A stretch of 64,000 nucleotides of DNA from NCBI GenBank assembly GCA_964057225.1, contig CAXKVF010000097.1:1-64000 (forward strand), read 5' to 3'. Below the pieces are notes generated by a model. The model searched no databases. It saw nothing but the letters and a program-made list of their open reading frames with translations, and was not told the origin of the DNA. The number at the start of each line of letters is the position of its first letter. Position 1 is the stretch's first letter. The DNA comes from Auanema rhodensis. Lineage: Eukaryota; Animalia; Nematoda. A program made the translations under genes and the position numbers. This document shows positions 1-11,659 of this stretch, piece by piece.

Positions 1-210
1 AGGTATATCGGACTTACGCTTAGTTATATCGGGCTTAGGCTTAGTTATATCGGGCTTGGGCTTAGTTATATCGGGCTTGGGCTTAGTTATATCGAGCTAA
101 GGCTTAGTTATATTAGGCTTAGGCTTAGTTATATCGGGCTTAGGCTTAGTTATATCGGGCTTAGGCTTAGTTAAATCGGGTTTAGGCTTAGTTTTATCGG
201 GCTTAGGGTC
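1..210 (-). repeat. 21-bp telomere-derived minisatellite (CTTAGTTATATCGGGCTTAGG)n; minus strand reads as a PKPDITK repeat
   Basis: About 10 degenerate 21-bp units containing TTAGGC/CTTAG. An ATG at 243-241 opens MTSIEYQDHLTDPKPDKTKPKPDLTKPKPDITK..., interrupted by TAG at 99-97; the frame resumes and runs off the window. Confidence 0.8.
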
Positions 211-239
211 AGTTAAATGATCTTGATATTCAATAGACG

Positions 240-241
<2 letters not shown>

Positions 242-280
<39 letters not shown>

Positions 281-544
281 GTAATGCATTGTATAACCTG
301 CTATATATAATGATTAGTATTTTTTATTGTATATATATATATAATAATAAAAAGTATATTATATTATATTATTTTATATATATATATATATTATTTTTAT
401 ATATATATATAAATATATTATGTATTTTATTTATTGTATTATATTATATATATATATATATAATATAATACAATAAAAAAAATATATATATATATATAAT
501 TTTTTATATATATATAAATATATTATGTATTTTATTTATTGTAT

Positions 545-618
<74 letters not shown>

Positions 619-620
619 TT
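242..620. repeat. (TA)n / AT-rich low-complexity microsatellite
   Basis: Long TATATA runs with internal inverted AT-rich segments. Confidence 0.95.
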
Positions 621-711
621 AATATACCTAACCCTAATGAAAATGATACAAATACTTCAGCACCACTATCTATCTCGGATCAAATGAAAAAAGTAATATT
701 GCTGTATGTAA

Positions 712-3600
712 AGCTGTAAATAGTTGTGAACATATTGGCGTAAAAATGGCAGACAAATGGCATAGGAATAGCTTAAAAATGGCAGAAGAATTGGCAAAAA
801 AATGGCAAAGAATTGGCAGGATGTAAGTAGCTCTAAACATATTGGCATAAAAATGGCAAATAGATGGCATAGAAATGGCATAAAAATGGCAGAAGAATGG
901 CAGAAAAATGGCAGAAAAATGGCAGAAAGTTGGCAAAAAAATGGCAAAAAAATGGCAAAGAATTGGCAGACTGTAAATAGTTGTGAACATATTGGCGTAA
1001 AAATGGCAGATAAATGGCAGAGAATTGGCAGGCTGTAAATAGTTGTGAACATATTGGCATAAAAATGGCAGATAAATGGCATAGAAATGGCATAAAAATG
1101 GCATAGAAATGGCATAAAAATGGCAGAAGAATGGCATAAAAATGGCAGAAAAATGGCAGAAAGTTGGCAAAAAAATGGCAAAGAAATGGCAAAGAATTGG
1201 CAGGATGTAAATAGTTATGAACAAAATGGCGTAAAAATGGCAGACAAATGGCATAGAAATGGCTTAAAAATGGCAGATATATGGCATAGAAATGGCATAA
1301 AAATGGCAGAAGAATGGCATAAAAATGGCAGAAAAATGGCAGAAAGTTGGCAAAAAAATGGCAAAGAAATGGCAAAGAATTGGCAGGATGTAAATAGTTA
1401 TGAACATAATGGCGTAAAAATGGCAGACAAATAGCATAGAAATGGCTTAAAAATGGCAGATATATGGCATAGAAATGGCATAAAAATAGCAGAAGAATGG
1501 CATAAAAATGACAGAAAAATGGCAGAAAGTTGGCAAAAAAATGGCAAAGAAATAGCAGAGAATTGGCAGGCTGTAAAAAGTTGTGAACATATTGGCATAA
1601 AAATGGCAGATAAATAGCATAGAAATGGCATAAAAATGGCAGAAGAATGGCATAAAAATGGCAGAAAAATAGCAGAAAGTTGGCAAAAAAATAGCAAAGA
1701 AATGGCAAAGAATTGGCAGACTGTAAATAGTTGTGAACATATTGCCGTAAAAATGGCAGATAAATGGCAGAGAATTGGCAGGCTGTAAATAGTTGTGAAC
1801 ATATTGGCATAAAAATGGCAGATTAATGACATAGAAATGGCATAAAAATGGCATAGAAATAGCATAAAAATGGCAGAAGAATGGCATAAAAATGGCAGAA
1901 AAATGGCAAAAAAATGGCAAAGAATTGGCAGGCTGTAAATAGTTGTGAACATATTGGCGTAAAAATGGCAGATAAATGGCATAGAAATGGCATAAAAATG
2001 GCAGAAGAATGGGCAAAAAAATGGCAAAAAATGGCAAAGAATTGGCAGGATGTGAGTAGCTCTAAACATATTGGCATAAAAATGGCAAATAGATGGCATA
2101 GAAATGGCATAAAAATGGCAGAAGAATGGCAGAAAAATTGCAGAAAAATGGCAGAAAGTTGGCAAAAAAATGGCAAAAAAATGGCAAAGAATTGGCAGGC
2201 TGTAAATAGTTGTGAACATATTGGCGTAAAAATGGCAGATAAATGGCATAGAAATGGCATAAAAATGGCAGAAGAATTGGCAAAAAAATGGCAAAAAATG
2301 GCAAAGAATTGGCAGGATGTAAGTAGCTCTAAACATATTGGCATAAAAATGGCAAATAGATGGCATAGAAATGGCATAAAAAAGGCAGAAGAATGGCAGA
2401 AAAATGGCAGAAAAATGGCAGAAAGTTGGCAAAAAAATGGCAAAGAAATGGCAAAGAATTGGCAGACTGTAAATAGTTGTGAACATATTGGCGTAAAAAT
2501 GGCAGATAAATGGCAGAGAATTGGCAGGCTGTAAATAGTTTTGAACATATTGGCATAAAAATGGCAGATAAATGGCATAGAAATGGCATAAAAATGGCAC
2601 AGAAATGGCATAAAAATGGCAGAAGAATGGCATAAAAATGGCAGAAAAATGGCAGAAAGTTGGCAAAAAAATGGCAAAGAAATGGCAAAGAATTGGCAGG
2701 ATGTAAATAGTTATGAACATAATGGCGTAAAAATGGCAGACAAATGGCATAGAAATGGCTTAAAAATGGCAGATAAATGGCATAGAAATGGCATAAAAAT
2801 GGCAGAAGAATGGCATAAAAATGGCAGAAAAATGGCAGAAAGTTAGCAAAAAAATGGCAAAGAAATGGCAAAGAATTGGCAGGATGTAAATAGTTATGAA
2901 CATAATGGCGTAAAAATGGCAGACAAATGGCATAGAAATGGCTTAAAAATGGCAGATATATGGCATAGAAATGGCATAAAAATGGCAGAAAAATGGCATA
3001 AAAATGGCAGAAAAATGGCAGAAAGTTGGCAAAAAAATGGCAAAGAAATAGCAGAGAATTGGCAGGCTGTAAAAAGTTGTGAACATATTGGCATAAAAAT
3101 GGCAGATAAATGGCATAGAAATGGCATAAAAATGGCAGAAGAATGGCATAAAAATGGCAGAAAAATGGCAGAAAGTTAGCAAAAAAATGGCAAAGAAATG
3201 GCAAAGAATTGGCAGGATGTAAATAGTTATGAACATAATGGCGTAAAAATGGCAGATCAATGGCATAGAAATGGCATAAAAATGGCATAGAAATGGCAGA
3301 AAAATGGCATAAAAATGGCAGAAAAATGGCAGAAAGTTGGCAAAAAAATGGCAAAGAAATAGCAGAGAATTGGCAGGCTGTAAAAAGTTGTGAACATATT
3401 GGCATAAAAATGGCAGATAAATGGCATAGAAATGGCATAAAAATGGCAGAAGAATGGCATAAAAATGGCAGAAAAATGGCAGAGAAATGGCAAAAAGTTG
3501 GCAAAAAAATGGCAAAAAAATGGCAAAGAATTGGCAGGCTGTAAATAGTTTTAAACATAATGGCATAAAAATGGCAGATGAATGGCAGAAAAATGGCAAA
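712..3600. repeat. Complex minisatellite: 11-bp core (AAAAATGGCAG/AGAAATGGCAT) interspersed with a ~35-bp GAATTGGCAGGCTGTAAATAGTTGTGAACATATTGGC module
   Basis: Direct inspection. The many overlapping low-complexity ORFs here are artefacts of the repeat. Confidence 0.95.
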
Positions 3601-3986
3601 AATATCGTATAAAAATTACATAAGCAGAGATGTAGCAGAGATGTAGTAGCATAAACATAAGTTTGGCAAAGAAATGAAGAACTGAAGAAAAAATTCATGG
3701 AAGAATTTCTTCCATCAGCGAAAGTTTTGAAAATATTTTCAAATGGAATTAGATTTCATACCAAATTGGAGTACTCGAGCCTACGTTTTGAGAACGTTGA
3801 ACACTCCTTTTCGGATGTAGTGTAATTGAAAAATAGTTGAATTTCAACTACTTGTAAAATTTTCTTTTGATATTCGTTCTCTGTAAACTCTGAAGTAATG
3901 CTGTACGCGCCTTGTTAAAAGACCTATAAAATGAAGGCCATTTAAAATTTTATTGTAGATAGTTGCAGTAATGCTGAAGTAACTTA

Positions 3987-5217
3987 TTACTTCAATAAAA
4001 TTGAAAACAGCAAAAATGTACAAACATATATATTTAATTCAAAGAACACATGAAATTCTATAGATAGTACAATCATTACAGAAAATTTTTCTCTTATTGT
4101 ACGAGAAGATGATAAAGTAGCAAAAAGAACAGGTTTATCCTTTTTCCATCCATCAAAATATGCTTTTCGCCATTTTCTTTCATCTCCATAGCTAACATAG
4201 AACAAGTATTCTCTTCCTTTTCTGAAACGGAAATGTTTAATAAAGTTATATCTCTAAACATTTCACATCAGATCTTGGTTTAATCTTTTTAATAGTGGAA
4301 TTGTCATTCCACAGCTAGGACAAGTGAAAACTTCTTTTTTTCTACTTTTTTTTTGCATTGGTTCTTTTCGATCATCATCATTGAATGATTGAATATTGTA
4401 CAGTTGTTTAAATCCTCTTTTTAGTGATGATTTTGAACATGTTTCATTTTTCTGTAAATTGATTTAGTTAGTTGGATTTTTTGAAAAAATGTTTACCTTC
4501 TGTTCAGACATTCTTACGACCAATTGCTGGAAAAAAAGCAGAATGAAGTCATTTAGCTTATTCTGGAATAAATATAAACCTGTGTTTATGACTTAAGTTA
4601 GTTTATACCGTTTTATCTATGGTTTCTGAAAGGAACAGCTCGTCTTCTAAGAAAGCAAATATTATGTTGTTGTTTTTTTTAAAACAAGGACAATCGCATA
4701 TAGTTTCCAAAACAATCTGTAAAAATTTCAATTATTTTTCAATCGTTTGAGATACACTCACCCACAACAATAAAATTTCTCTTATATCAATTGGAAGTTT
4801 TTTCAACGTTTCATAAAATGTGAGAAGATTGATTTTTTCTTCATTGGAGAGAAATGGGTTACAAACAATGTCTTTCTGCAAATGATTCCAGAATGAATAG
4901 TAGAATTAAGTTCTGAATTAAATTTTTTTCTCACCTTCACTATGTACATTTTCATCAAAATATCAGGTAGTTCTTTAAAGTTTTGAAGAACTTCTTTATG
5001 TATACTGCCGTATCTTAAAAGTATAGAGCTACAAGGAACAATAGCTAAATTGTCTCCATCATTCCATTGCAATAACTTGCTTATTCTGTCGAAGCTATTT
5101 TTCTGTGTTAATGCCTAATTTTGAAAAAAAATTTCTGAATATAATTTGAACAGAACCCACATATCGATCTTCCATGTTTTTAAATACTCTCAAAGTAGGA
5201 CAAACAGCAGACATCAT
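3987..5217 (-). CDS. Spliced gene of unknown function, 'family A' (CxxC plus YVS..RKW..A..DG motif, possibly Tudor/SH3-like); 3' end uncertain
   Basis: Manual GT-AG splicing gives MMSAVCPTLRVFKNMEDRY|ALTQKNSFDRISKLLQWNDG...MYIVK|KDIVCNPFLSNEEKINLLTFYETLKKLPIDIREILLLW|IVLETICDCPCFKK...IDKT|NKLNDF...EQK|KNETC...FTCPSCGMTIPLLKRLNQDLI|KGREYLFYVSYGDERKWRKAYFDGW... It is homologous to the gene at 29973-30927. Confidence 0.6.
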
Positions 5218-6233
5218 CTGGCAGCGGTAAGAAAATCTGTCAAAAGCTGAAACTGAACAATACAAATTAACTCACAGATTTTAAGTTACGGATACCAAAT
5301 AAGAGCTGAACAAAACAGAATACATTGTCATATTAACAACACGGGATAAAATAATAAAACAAAGTTTTTCAAATAACAAAATTCTTATATGAACAGTAAG
5401 AGTGTTTGAACAACTCAAAATTTTTTAATCTTTTTTTTGATTATGCTAAACGCAATAATAATAAATGAATATCATGTCACTTATCGGCAAAACTTGTTGA
5501 TTGTCATAGAATTTTTATGTAAGTGACTTTTCGATCTGAACAATTTTCTCAAAAGCTAATAGATCGATAATTATTTAAAATTATTTATGATTCAAAACAG
5601 CAGTGCAATCAATTAATGGAAGATTTTTCCCAATCGAAAGTTCATTTAATTACATTAATTGGTGGAAGAGTTTCTTTCATGAAAAGCCTTTTTTCAAAAA
5701 TGGTCTTTCTCATTTAGGAAAACCAAATATTCATAACTGGAATTTTGCTTGTATACATTCGTAAAAAATATCCATTCGTAAAGTTTTAAATAATAAATGA
5801 AATGCAAATATGAAAACAGAAATTGTTGTAGCGAATATAAAACATAAATTATGGAAAAGCAAATATTAAAAATTTATAAATATCCAGTTGTTTTCATCTT
5901 TAATCAACAAAATCTACAAACAGAAAATATTCTGGAAACTAAAAAAGATTGCTATAAGCAGAGTTGTGGCGGCATACATCAAATACTCTCATATTAAAAT
6001 GAGACATGTGTCAGAAACAAATGCATGATACACTTGGGGTGCAATTGATTCTTTTGAAGCGTTTGCGTACATGCATTATAAATTAATAAACTTGACAATT
6101 TTACAATCTATTTACAATTTTCCATAAATCATTATCTTAACAGACATTTCAATAAATGGTATAAAAGAGAAAATTCCAAAGCCAAAGAAAAAAAAATTAA
6201 AACAAACCACATTGCTCTCATTTTTTCCACAAC

Positions 6234-8262
6234 ATGGAATATACAGGACGCTTCATAAATGGAGTTTCTCAAGCTGCTCAATATGATTTTCTAGATCGGG
6301 CAGCGGACAAAGATGCTGAATATGTATCACATTCTGTGAGTTTTAAAACATTTTTACGCATAGGTTTCTACAATTTTAGACTGAATTCAATAATACAATT
6401 GTTGGTACTGAACAATTTTTCGAAACTTCAATTGAGGAAAATGTTGCAGAGGAATTAGAGGAAAACCCATCAAACCAAAAAGTAAGCATTGTGTTCAAGA
6501 AATTTAAAATGTAAAAACTTTGTTTTCAGATGAATGAAATCGCATTATATCACGAACAGAAAAATAAAAATATTTCAGAAAAACTTATGTTGCAAAATCA
6601 AGACAGTAGTTATAGGATTGATGAAATGAAAATTGTTTGCAGAAATGCAATTACCAGCTTTTTCGCTGATAGAATTTCAGCAAATGGCGAATCGGCACCA
6701 ACCCACTCAGGAATCAACAACTATAATATTGTAGAAGTTGTAGAGGAAGAAGATTATTCGGAGAAACTAATCGAAAACGAACAATTTATGGATTATGACA
6801 ATTCGAACAATGTCGACTGGTTAAACGCACCAATCAAAACAATTATTAAAGAGGTGAAACATTTAGGCTTGATATTTAAAACTTTTTCTGTAGATAAACG
6901 CCACGAAGGAACCGTCAAATTTCGATGTGATGATAAGTGTTTTCTGTTTAATTCAGTTCACAACAACACTACAAATGAACAGGTTTGGAAAATGGTTAAA
7001 ATTCTGTTTTTCAGAACAACAATGTGACCATGTTGTGAACGTCAAGTCGTTCAAAATACGGGCAATTGAATGCGGTTCTCCCAAAAATTGCGATAATACA
7101 GTACATGTAAGTTATCACAATCTTTTCCTGAATGCTTATCCATTTTTCTATTTCCAGATAATTTTGCATTTTGAATCTATCACAAAAAGAAAAGTGATAT
7201 CCTCGTTTTTCAATCATCTCGTGAATGTGAACAAAAATGAAGAAGAAACAATGATCAAACTGACACCCATTCAGTGTCAAAGAGAACTTCAAAGAATGAG
7301 AAAACTAATGGCGGAAGATGTCATCAGCTATCAAGGTTTTTTAATTTCAAAAATATTACTGATTAACAAAAATATGAAACATTTTAGGAACTGTAATAAA
7401 CGACATATCTCTTCATTATCTCTATATAATGGAAAACGAAATACAAAAAAACAGCTGGAAGTTGACGGTAAGTAATAAGTTTTTCGAGCAATATTATTTT
7501 TTTTAGAACTGCATGGAATTGCGTTATGATGTAGCTATGCGGCATCAATCACAATTAAAACACTTAATATCCCTCGTTGACGATGCTGAATGTGATAGAA
7601 AGGATGTACGAGTATATATACTCTACGGAGATTCTGGAGCAGGCAAATCTTATTTTGCTAAGAAGTATCTCGGTATGAATTTTTTAAATTAATTTTCAAA
7701 TTTGAAAGAACTATTTCAGAAAAAGTTGCCGGCTCTGTGTATACAACATCTGCTGATTGTACTAGTTATTTTGAAAGTGAGTTTCAACTTTGTTCCGATA
7801 AAAAAAATAATTTATAGAATATAACAAGCAAAATGGAATTATAATTGATGAAGTTGAACAGTTCGGACAACGTGGGTACATGACAGGAAAACAGCTCTTA
7901 ATGATGTGTAATGATGGTACCTGCAGGTAAGTGTTGAACACAAAAATAGTATTACTAAACCCATTTTTTCAGATTGAACGTTAAATTTTCAAGTTGTGTC
8001 ATAAAAGCCCATCATATCTTTCTTATTTCGAACATAGAACCTTCGCAATGGTTTGGGAATGATCATATAACAGTGAGTTCCCGAAAAGGTTAAAAATTAC
8101 ATTTGGTTTCAGTTGACAGCGTTCATGAGACGAATACATTGGATTGGCAAAGCAACCGAATTGAAATCTCAACCGAAATGGAGGAGAGGAAAAGCATTTG
8201 AAACAGTCTTGAAAATTAATCCTAATTATATAATAGATGTCCCTTTTGTGGAATTAAACTGA
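6234..8262 (+). CDS. Intron-containing CRESS-DNA-virus (circovirus-like) Rep homologue: degenerate HUH domain plus SF3 helicase
   Basis: 11 exons (6234-6335, 6380-6481, 6530-6853, 6894-7106, 7158-7335, 7388-7467, 7507-7672, 7720-7776, 7818-7926, 7973-8072, 8113-8262) splice in frame through GT..AG introns of 39-52 nt. Motifs: Walker A VYILYGDSGAGKS; YFEKYNKQNGIIIDE (compare WWDGY..VVIDD, Walker B); LLMMCN...LNVK (motif B'); IFLISN..PSQWF (motif C); AFMRRI (arginine finger). The exon 3/4 boundary is the least certain. Confidence 0.85.
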
Positions 8263-8589
8263 GATTAGAATTATTTTGTTTTTTTTCTTACAGTGATCAG
8301 TTATTAACATTTCATTCTTTTCATAAAAATGATCTCAATATTATCATTCAGGTTCAAATTTTTCTCGCAAATTTGTAGAATAAATTTTTTTCATATTCGC
8401 TTTCGAGCTGTACACACCTAGTATGAAAACAATTGAATTTATAAAAAAAAATATATTTTGAACTAATTTAGATGAAAAATTGTTTGGTTGTATCAAAAGT
8501 AGAAGAATTTCTTCCATTTACAAAAAAAACGTGAAAGTTTCTTCCATAATTATTTTTTGTTCTCATCACGATATAGGTAAACAAACAAT

Positions 8590-8890
8590 GATATATATGA
8601 ACAATTAAATAAATTACCTAATTTTTTCTAGAGCAATAACAATTAATTAAAAATGAATACTATGGAAGAAATTCTTCCACCGTTATGTATGAACAATTAA
8701 TTCAATCTCAAACTTTTTTTTGGTAGTTAAAACAATTACTTGAAGATAAATACAATGGAAAAAATTTTTCCACGGTTATGTATAAACCATTGAATATATC
8801 ACATAATTCTTCTTTGGCAGTTAAGACAATTGATTGAAAATAAATACTTTTAATTTTTTTTGCTGTTATGTATTAATAATTGAATATATC
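8590..8890. repeat. About 3 degenerate ~93-bp tandem repeats, two carrying the TGGAAGAAnTTCTTCCA-type palindrome
   Basis: TATG(T)ATGAACAATT...ACAATT...AATAC...TGGAA recurs with a ~93-bp period downstream of the Rep gene. Confidence 0.7.
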
Positions 8891-9678
8891 AAATTGGAGA
8901 GAAGACACCTGAGATCTGACGTTGATTATCACGGCCATATTTCATGTTTCATCGCGGAAGAAATTCTTCCATCTGAAAATGTAGATTAAAAAAAATGTTG
9001 TGCAGCAGAAATTTGTGATTATTTCAAGAAAATTATTTGAAAACTAAAGAAAGCAGAATTTATAAATATTGGAGAAATTCTTCCATAATTTCCATGATTC
9101 TTGTTTCATCATATACTATATTCAGTTTTCTCGAAAAAGATAAAAAGAAAATTCTACCTATATAAAAAGGTAAATGATTTGTTTTCTAATTTACTTTGAC
9201 TATATATACACATGTTTATATGTGAGATTTGTTCTAACTAGTTCATGTATACAAACCCAATCTTTTTTCAAAGATGTCCTTTTTACATTTTTTCAACAAA
9301 TAAAAATGATTAGCTGTTTTTCATCAATATCAATTTTAAATTCATAGTTATTGCTTTACAAAAAATTATATTTAGGTTTTTCTAAATAAAGGTGAAAATC
9401 AATTTCTTCGATCAACTTATTTTTGAAAACCTTTTGCTTCTGGCATAGTATTCAAAAAATACTGACATCATTGTCAGCCGATAGCAAAATGTTAACTTAC
9501 TAGCATCATAAATGCAATAAACTATCCAATCTTTTACCGCTTTGCCACCCTGGGCTATAAGAATTTGATAGTCAGAGTATATATAAATAGACATAATTCT
9601 TTTTTTCTTGTATTTTTTTTAGTCTGACATTAATTACTTTGTTATTTGGATATTTTCCAGATTTAAATATCCGTAATC

Positions 9679-10667
9679 ATGTCAATGATTAGTACCAACA
9701 TTGAAAAGAAAACTGCTACTACGTATAAACATACTCTACTTTCCGCGGAACAAATAAATACAGAACTTGATTCATTTGAGTTTCAGAATGAAAATTTGGA
9801 TATTCTTCCAAATGGTCAGGTTTTTAAAAAATAATTTTTTTATGTTATCAAATTGTTTTCAGATTTACAAATTGTTGATATAATCGAGTTTCAAGGATTG
9901 CGATGTTCAACACCTTTGAGCGAAAGAAAGTTACCAAGTGTCGATAAGTTCATCTTAAAAGGTACAAACGTGTAATGAATAACAAATTTTTTTATCAAAT
10001 TTTCAGAAGAACCATTAGACGTTTCTGATATTCCATGTAAAAAAATTGGAAAAGGTTTGATCAATGTAAAAGTGTCTGTCAATTTATATTTTTCAGTTGT
10101 AGCTGTTTCTCATAAGCCTCATGAAGTTCAAAATGGCTGTTCCATTGAGGAAATAAAAAAAAAGAAGAAGTTCAGGAGATGTTATTACTGAGTGCAAATG
10201 TGAAATTGCACATCTTAAAAATAGGGCTATTTCGAAAATTGCTAGTAAGAATTTTAAACATATTCAAATCTCAATAAAATGTCTATTTTTAGAAAATTTT
10301 CAACTGATTGACGAAAGGCAAATCATTCCTGAATACTGCACAATTGGTTGCAAAATTTTGGTGTATCATAAAATAACACGCTCCTGGCGCCTAGCCATTA
10401 TTGAAGATATTTCGGATGTCTATAGTAGCATAAAATATTCGCTGATGACAGTGAGTTTTGTTTTGTTTCCCAAATTTTGAGTATTGTTATTTTCAGATCG
10501 ATGACGTGCAAGATAAAATGATTGCAAAAAAATATCATTTTTTGTTCGCGAAAACAAGACTTGTGGGAAAAGAAAAAAATTGGCCAAAGCACATGTATAG
10601 ATTAGTATGCGATGATATTTCCGAGCCACATCTCTACTTGATTCAATCATTAAAAGATCTTGCTTGA
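9679..10667 (+). CDS. Spliced gene 'family B' (CxC plus Tudor-like segment plus PKH..L.C.D motif), copy 1; frameshifted at an A9 homopolymer
   Basis: ATG lies downstream of a TTTTCCAG acceptor. Six exons give MSMISTNIEKK...VITECKCEIAHLK...CKILVYHKITRSWRLAIIEDI...KNWPKHMYRLVCDDISEPHLYLIQSLKDLA*. The A-run is 9 here versus 11 in the intact copies. Confidence 0.6.
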
Positions 10668-11316
10668 ATATATGTAACCTTTTTCATATATTCTCATTTT
10701 TAAATTTTACTCGTTTTTACATTTTTCATGCCATCCATCAATCCTCATTTTGTGATAAAAAATAAAAAGTTTTACGATCGATTTGAGTATTTTTCTACAT
10801 ATCAGAGCATATTGAAATTGTGTTCAATCATTAAAACAAGTTTAGTTCAGTCTTATGAAACGTTTTATATTTTATAAAAAAAACATATTTTAACAATTGA
10901 ATTGTTGTTCATTGATACCTGTTAAAATGCTCAACCTTTTGCCTGTTTTGTTTTGTTACAACTAACAAATTTATTAAAAAAAATACCACAACCCAATCAA
11001 TCTTAGAAGTTCAATAAAATATAAAAAAATATAAAAATATTTTAAACATATTTTGAACCAATTCTATATGTAAAAAGCAGTTGTCTATTTGTTAAAATAT
11101 TCTAAATTAGTGAAAGAACTTCTTCCATTCACAAGAAACTTAAATTGGTGTGAGAGTTTGTTTCATAATTTTTTTTGCGGAAATCAAGATATAGGTTTTT
11201 TTAAATATCAATTTACAATTCATTTCCTATGCGTCTATTTTCAGATGAACTATTTTGAATATTTTATTCAATTATATTAGCTTAATTAATTTACAAATTA
11301 TACAATCCTTTTACAG

Positions 11317-11570
11317 CTACCTCATTGGAAAATGGAACAAGGTAAAAATTGGCCCCGCTGGGGCATCAGGACTAGGACTTTTTGCTGCAAGTGATATAGA
11401 GGTCAGGGGGTTAAGAAGCTCAATAAATATTACATATTCAGGCTGGAAGTTACATATGCGGATACGAGGTGTTGCCAACAAAAAAAAAAGAAGGGTGTTA
11501 TATAGTTAATAAAGGAGGAACCTGGGATGCTGAGAAGTTCAAGAAGCTTTACGAAAAAGTATATTTATGA
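11317..11570 (+). pseudogene. N-terminal SET-domain fragment (truncated histone-lysine-methyltransferase-like), copy 1
   Basis: Two exons (intron 11402-11441) give KVKIGPAGASGLGLFAASDIE|AGSYICGYEVL...GCYIVNKGGTWDA, matching the SET GxGLFAxxxIxxGxxIxxY and Y...DA motifs. It ends before the RFINHSC motif. Confidence 0.7.
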
Positions 11571-11659
11571 CTATTATATATATGACTATTATATAGACGA
11601 CTATTATATATACGACTATTATACTATCCCCCTGATCTTCCTTCTCCAAATTCCCCTGA

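Noticed and set aside
525-3698. Many long ORFs (MPFFCH.../MAKNWQ... repeats)
   Set aside because: They are stop-poor translations of the TA microsatellite and the 11-bp minisatellite, open in multiple frames on both strands.
7947-7955. Circovirus nonanucleotide TAGTATTAC inside Rep intron 9
   Set aside because: There is no flanking GC stem, it is intronic, and an AT-rich 9-mer is plausible by chance in this composition.
9412-9594. 60-aa minus-strand ORF in each 4.4-kb unit
   Set aside because: It is short, has no recognisable motif or convincing exon chain, and recurs only because of the tandem duplication.
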